This document shows positions 57,447 to 64,000 of a stretch of 64,000 nt of DNA, piece by piece. The notes under the pieces were generated by a model. That model worked only from the letters and a program-made list of their open reading frames with translations, had not been told where the DNA came from and ran no database searches. The DNA lies in assembly GCA_964658305.1 (NCBI GenBank), contig OZ210885.1, positions 11,532,001 to 11,596,000 on the forward strand, written 5' to 3'. Every line of letters begins with the position of its first letter. Positions within the stretch are counted from its first letter, which is position 1. This DNA is from Leptogorgia sarmentosa. Its lineage: Eukaryota. Position numbers and translations under genes: made by a program.

Positions 57447-60400
57447 CTCGCAATGGATTTGCCTCAAATTATTGACTGATTTTGCTTAATATGCAATAGA
57501 TAAACCTGAAATGTGGGTGTTAATTGGATATACTTTTTCCCGTCTAACGAGCAATAAATACAATTGAAAGGAATATTTCAAAAACATTGGTTACCAGTCC
57601 TTTGCGGACTTGTAATTGTGAGCGTGATGAAGTTATTCCTTGTTGAAAATTTCCATAATTTAAAATAATCAAAAATGGCAGTTAACAGAAAAGACATGTA
57701 GTGTAACTCAAATAGGATATACAAGTTTGGTAAATATTGGATTTTATTGATACATTTATTCTCTTCAGAGCGAGAGTTCACACACGTTTGAATGAAAGAT
57801 TTGTCTAATATAACACGCAAATATTTGCTGCATGCAACAGCCGGCTTCTTGATTTTGGACTACAAAACCGTATTGGCGTCTGAACATGCCATTTAATACG
57901 CAGTGATTATATTTCGTCATCGTAACTGTAGTATTTTTAACGGTATACCACGGTCAACCACAATTTAAAATAAAAATAGTTTATACTATTATTTTTAATT
58001 AATGGTAGACCGTGGTAGATCGTTTCAATAGGGGCACATCGTAGTAATATCAAACAATAGCAGGTCGGAACATTATTTTTTAGACGAATCGCAACTTTTA
58101 CAGGACTGTTGAACGTTTTTGCAATCCGCGAAACAGTCGCGTTGGATACCCCACATTTTTCCAGCTATATCTCTTATACTCATTCCCATATTTTTATGCA
58201 ACATATATATATAATGCTGTTTAAAAACCATGCATATATGTTTAGAATTAAAAATTGCCTGTCAAAAATCCTTAATCGGCTACTATACATAAATTAAGTA
58301 CAAACAATGCTACATTGTGACGTTTAATTATTATTGGCTAATTAAAAAGAGGTGGGAATTTTGTCTCCGCTGGTGGCATATTCGCTGGCGCGGTCATCAT
58401 TTCTTCGATTTTCATCTCTTGTGTCAACGTGGTTCGGTTTTTGTCACGGCAAATATACCTTTTTTGTGCGAATTGTTTGTCGAAACGTAGATTCTTTCGA
58501 AGCTCAGGGAGAAATGTTTACGCTACAGAAATTTTATTGAGATCGATGTTAGTTTTGAAAGAATTCCAGCTGCGAAAACATGGTAGTATAATATTGTCGT
58601 GTGTTTATGACGCTAGAAATCTTGTTTATCACGATCGTACGAACATGGGTAAATGATTAAATTTTCCTTGATTCTTTAGCTCTCAGAAAGTATCGTTAGA
58701 TTTCTTGTTGGATATAACATAATAGCATGATCGTTCGTGTAATATTGGCTATTCAGAGTATTAGTAGGTTTTTACGAAGTTTTCAAAGCAAAATTGTGTA
58801 AAATCTAGTCGAGAGCCTCAAAACGAAATCCATTTTAAAAGTGTTCACATGTCCTACACTTTTTAAATTTATAACAACTTTAGCAATGAAAATTCGCACC
58901 GATACGAATTTCGCTCAATTTGTAAGCGTGGTGTATATTTTGTCCACGTTGTCTTCTCCTAAAATGCCGTGTAAAAGTACACTTGATCTACTTTGATTGC
59001 TTTCAACTTGCATTTACGTTATTTTTTACATGCAACAGAAGTAAGGAAAATATAGCATAACCAAGAATTTGCATTTTATTTCTGTACTCAATAGGTTAGA
59101 GTATTAGTATGTCGAGGAAATTATGAAGCAACCCGTAAAGAAAAAATGGAATATTTTTAAATTTTGTCGAGGGCCTCAAAACGAAATAGGGATGAAAACA
59201 CTTTACTTCTACCATAGATCACGTTAGTATCATGTTCATTGATATTAAAATTCGCATTCATAGAAATTTCAGGGTTCAAACATGACCAGTGTGAGAAGTT
59301 CCACCAAATTTCTTGCAAGCATGCTGTAAACATTGCGAAGCTTCTACGGTAAATTCCGAGCACCAACCGATGATGAAAATTTTTTGCCTGGCTTCATGTT
59401 GTGTTTCTTTCTTTGCAATAGAATGACAAAACGTTTGCTAATTTTGCTCTTTATTTCTATAATTTTTGTTTTCAAATTTTCTTCGATTATTTGTACTTAT
59501 TCAAAGCTCGGTAACAAGCGCTACACAGTACACCATTGGCGTTGTTGACCGGACCGAAACAACTTGAAAAATCCGTGTTGGTGGAGTTAACTGTATAGTA
59601 TCTTTCAGACGTTTTCTTGCCGTGGGAATCTTTTCGGCCACAAACACAGCATGCATCTCTGTCTTTTGCTCCACTTGCAAAATTAGATAATGCAAAAAAA
59701 AACAACAAAACACCCAGGAAAACAGCGAAATTTTTGTTTATATTCATTTTATTTACATTTTTCTAAGGGCATTTAAATTTCCCGCCGCTCGCTCAGGGAA
59801 AATCACACGAAGGGGGAAAGATTCGCGCGCAGTTCAAGCAAATTTCCACGCATTTATTTTTCCCGCATGCTCAGACAAAATTCCCACCTCTTGGCTAATT
59901 ATTGATTGGAGAAATTGGCAATGAGGTGATTGTGCCAACGGAAAGTTTGAGCACAATTCTAGCATGTTTTCGATATGATTAATATCCATTTCACAAAATT
60001 TATCAGTCTCATATTAATCTACTTCTGCTTGAGAATAATGTACATTCGATTCATACGAACCGATCGTAAGTAATAGAAATTAAACCTCAGACAATCTTGG
60101 ACAAAAGTTGTTGTAACACCAATCCCCTTCCCCCGAATTCAATGTTGTCATGTGGAAAATTCCGGTTTCAACATTGATTTGGGGGATGGGGTGTTACGTT
60201 TTGAGTAACAGCTGATAATTTACAAGGCTGTAAGTGCATTACTTACATAAAGTGCCAGAATTTCCATCCATGCAGTCGATGCAGACTATTGTCCATTAAT
60301 GTGTATTGGTATGTGCATATGTCGAAGGTGGATATTAGTGAAACATTTGTCATTAAACGTTCAGGCTTGTCTTAACTATAATGTATATGATTTGTAGCCT

Positions 60401-62920
60401 ACGTAAAATAGCTACATCACAAATAGTCCAGTTATCCTTCCACTTTTGTAGGTCGATAATTATAGCGTTAGAGTTAATTTTCTAGCTAATGTCCTCCCTT
60501 ATACCCTTACACACGACATCTATTTTAGTCAATTGTATTGTCAAGGAATAGTGCACGAGCGCTACAGTAGAATCCCGCTATCTCGAACTCGGTTATCTCG
60601 AATCTTGCGTTATCTCGCGAACTGAAAGCCAGTTCCATTGAACTCATAGTACATTTATATCAACCCCCGCTATGTCGAAATTGAGATCCTGTAAATTTAC
60701 TCTCGCAGTAAGGCGATTGCATTGCGCAGTATAAATCCCAGTAAATGTGCAATTACAGTTCGAAAAATATTCAAAACGGCAGCATGTTAATGTTGCAATG
60801 TTTGTACCGATACATCATACATTGTAAAGTGTAGTCTACAAAAACGAAAGTTTAGGCAATCAATTTTGACATTGTACATCTCAGTAAGTGCGCTATTGCA
60901 ATTCAAAACGACATTGACAATTTAGAGACATGGACAGAATATGTTGTATGTAAGTGGTTTTATACAAAGGTAAACTTGGTCAAAAAAAGCCACATATTTC
61001 GAAAAGCAATCGCAAGACGCGACAACATCAATTAATTTGAAGGTCTTCAAAATATGCCATATCGTATGTCGCCCAGTTGAATTCCACTGCAATTTGATAT
61101 TTGGAATGCGATATATTTATGAAAGCTTATATCAATTCTTCAACGTTTCAAAAATCAGTAATTTCGGAAAATCAGTCGCGCTATTTGCTAGCGGATTACA
61201 ATTTTATACATGCAAGATGACACATTCGGGACAAATCTAACAACACGCGCATTGACAAGTTTGTATCACCGCGCTGGTAGCATGGGCGCAGAAATGGGTC
61301 ATGGGTAACATTGACATGCACACCATGTTTTTTCATTTGTTTTTTACACTTTCCACAGTGCACAAAACATCGATCAGCGAAAAATAAACATGCACACGAC
61401 TTCAACACCACCATTCATTTGGTTGTGTTCTTCCAGTCAAGGGCTGAACTAGGGACTTTCTTCCAAATTTGTCTCCCGATTTCCAAAATAATGCTTGGAA
61501 CAAAGTTAATTCGCAACATTTCTAGAAGCGCTTCAAAAGGAGCATGGTATGTGTCATGGCCATGAAATCTGATACAGCATGGCCGACGCGCACGCGCATC
61601 GTATCAAATTCCCGTGATAGAAAATTTTGCCGACATAAAATCCTACTTGTAAATAGAATAGATTTTCGATGCATCTGGACTTTATTTGACGATTTATCGC
61701 AGACTATTAGCCAAACTAATTTCCCACAAATCTTAAACTACAATTTAATTTGTGTTCCTTCAAAAAAATTGTTGAATTATTGCCTAGGACTAGCGCAACA
61801 TAGTTCCATTTTCGCGTTTGCGTCGGACCATCAAACTAAAAAGCCCCGCATACTAACTTCTTCATTCAGGCGAAATTGCCGCAAATGTGTTGCAAACACT
61901 GGCTTCTTACGCTTGTGCGCAACAGTTTGCGAAACCCTCACAAATCTCTACATGATGTTCATAAGCTTGCCTTCAATTTGCGCATAGAATAAGTGCCTTA
62001 TTTTGTGCTTTTATGGGTTCCAAAACGCTTTGAAAAACTGTAAAATATGAACAGTAATCATACCACGGGTCATGGCCGCTGATTCAAATTGTACGACCAA
62101 AAACTTGGCAATTTGGTGTTGTATTTTGATTTTCCCGATCAAATACTCTTTCATGTTATTTTAGGAATGTCTACAGGGGTTTTCCCTAAGGTTTCACACC
62201 ACTAAGTACTCCAAAACATGTCGCAATACCTCATTTGAAGGCAAAATGTCGCACAGTTTGTCCGAAGCTCGATGGTCTTTTGAGGATGAAGTATCGCTTA
62301 ATTACTGAATTTACGGCATACAGCAGATTATAATGAAAGAAAGACAATCTGTGCGATGGATATACCTTCTCCCCTTATTAAACAGTGCTATACCGGCCCT
62401 GTATTTGGCTATTTGTTTCAAATGTGTCTATTTAACAGCCAAATTTAATGCAGACTGGTCGTCATTTAGTGGTAGTCCAGGGCAAGTGCATTGTTTATCC
62501 GTCAGACATTGTGTCCGAGATTGATTTTGTTTCGGATAGGCACTGATATAGAACTAATAAAAGTGATAGAGATAGGGAGCGGACACTTTAAATCATTGCT
62601 ATAGTGGTCTGGCACAAGTTTAGAAGGAACAGAGGGCGTAGATCTGTAGATATTGACAGGTTTGGATAAACGAGTAGATGGTTTTATTGGTCTGAACCGC
62701 TAAGTTTTTTGAAACCACGTGTCAGACCGCTGACTGTCACAGATTTCTGGCCATATTTTTCATGTACTGCAACAAATTAAATTTGAAGTGCAGCTCAACT
62801 AAAAATAACGTTTGACGATCACGAAATTTGAATTGCAGCTCAATCTATGCAACAAGTATTACATAGTAACACGGCCAAAAATAACGTTTGACAATCTCGT
62901 TTGGAAAATTATATACATAC

Positions 62921-63522
62921 CTCGTCGTCAGAAGCAATTATAATATCATCCGAGCACGGCACGAATTCTAAGGCGGTAATGGAAACAGAACTAATGTTCT
63001 CATGTGACCATATTAACGTCGGCAAGTTTTCTTCAACATTCCAAAGCTTCACAGACCCACCGATAGACCCCGATGCAAAGCGACGTGAAGGATCATGACC
63101 TCCTACCTCGCCTTTAACTTGAGAAATGGCATCCTCGTGTGCTGGGAATTTCAACTGCGAGTTATTGTTAAGATGGAACCATAACAGTTCTCCGTCATCA
63201 CAACCAAGCAATGCATATTGTGACCCAAGAGCAGTAATGCAAGTGACTTTAACATCTGGTTGACCCAATTTCATACTGGCCTCGATATCATTAAAAGTTC
63301 TAAGTTCGATTCTGTTTACCTTATCAACAAAAACGAAACGGACATCATCACTTAATAAGCAGACAAAACGTATGGCGACTCCCGATTCGGACTTTGCGAA
63401 TTTAACAATTTTAGAACACTCTATGTCGACCAGCGACAATGTTCCTGAACTGCTTCCAGACAGAGCAAACTTCCCATTTGATGTGATGTCAATTGCTGTA
63501 ACTATCGAGTCGTCAGGGTGAC
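62921..63522 (-). CDS. WD40-repeat protein, paralog B, internal exon
   Basis: cag|GT CAC CCT GAC acceptor and GAG|gtatgt donor. Protein is highly similar to 663-1267 and one codon shorter. Confidence 0.85.
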
Positions 63523-64000
63523 CTGCATGAAGGAAGTAAAATTTTTATTTGAAGTATTCAAGTATGCGACGCTTCAGCGTTTTGCCAGCGCGGGCGGAGC
63601 GAACGATTTTAACTTAGTCAAAAATCCGTCGCGCGGTCACGCCAAGAAAGTTGAACGTAGTTCCACTTCTAAGTGTGTCCGCGCGTGCAAAATTAGACAG
63701 AGAACGCTCAGATTAAACACCCATAGCAAAAGTTGAAACATGTTTGCCGTGCGGGCAAAGCGACTGCAATGGAAAACTGCCGTAAATCACACGCATTTCA
63801 TCCGAATTCAATCACTTTCACCTGATAAATAGTACGTACATTGCAGCAACTTTAATTTGAATGGCCATAATATGTTTTTTATTGCTATCCCCCAAAACGT
63901 CAGCTGAGGTTTAAATCTTGAGGTATGTTCGCACAGCGCGACTAGTTAGGCTCGTTTTAGACGTCTAATTTGCGTCAAATTCAAACAATGAGGGAAGTAA

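Noticed and set aside
61560..62680. Possible transposase or RT remnants in the paralog B intron
   Set aside because: Only a weak LRPLxLLN-like motif and heavily interrupted frames. Not enough to call.

Overview
This is AT-rich, intron-containing eukaryotic (animal) genomic DNA. The repeat content looks cnidarian/coral-like, but that is an inference. It is not prokaryotic and has no CRISPR array. The window is framed by a large inverted segmental duplication. The last three coding exons of a WD40-repeat gene lie on + (663-9928), with a diverged paralog on - (63522-47959). Both splice in frame, and their 3' flanks stay homologous to about 13245 and 44800. The ~31.5 kb spacer holds: (i) a dense tRNA cluster (13.7-25.2 kb, about 25 intact, degenerate or truncated genes) built by local direct and inverted duplications; (ii) a decayed WD40 + Nal1-like trypsin-family protease gene (39206-35645, -), hit by a hAT insertion and a templated self-insertion; (iii) many transposon remnants (hAT, solo LTR, Tc1, EnSpm/CACTA, Sola/DUF7869-like, L2/CR1, Penelope-like). 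A DIRS/Ngaro-type recombinase remnant and a further CACTA-type element lie in the intron of the second WD40 gene. The most notable observations are Penelope-type palindromic mini-elements carrying minimal hammerhead ribozymes, a tRNA-Thr whose 12-nt duplication mimics a canonical intron, the WD40-protease architecture, a candidate structured ncRNA inside the tRNA cluster, and remnants of a possible virus-like/recombinase element. All coordinates were read by eye, and no database searches were run.
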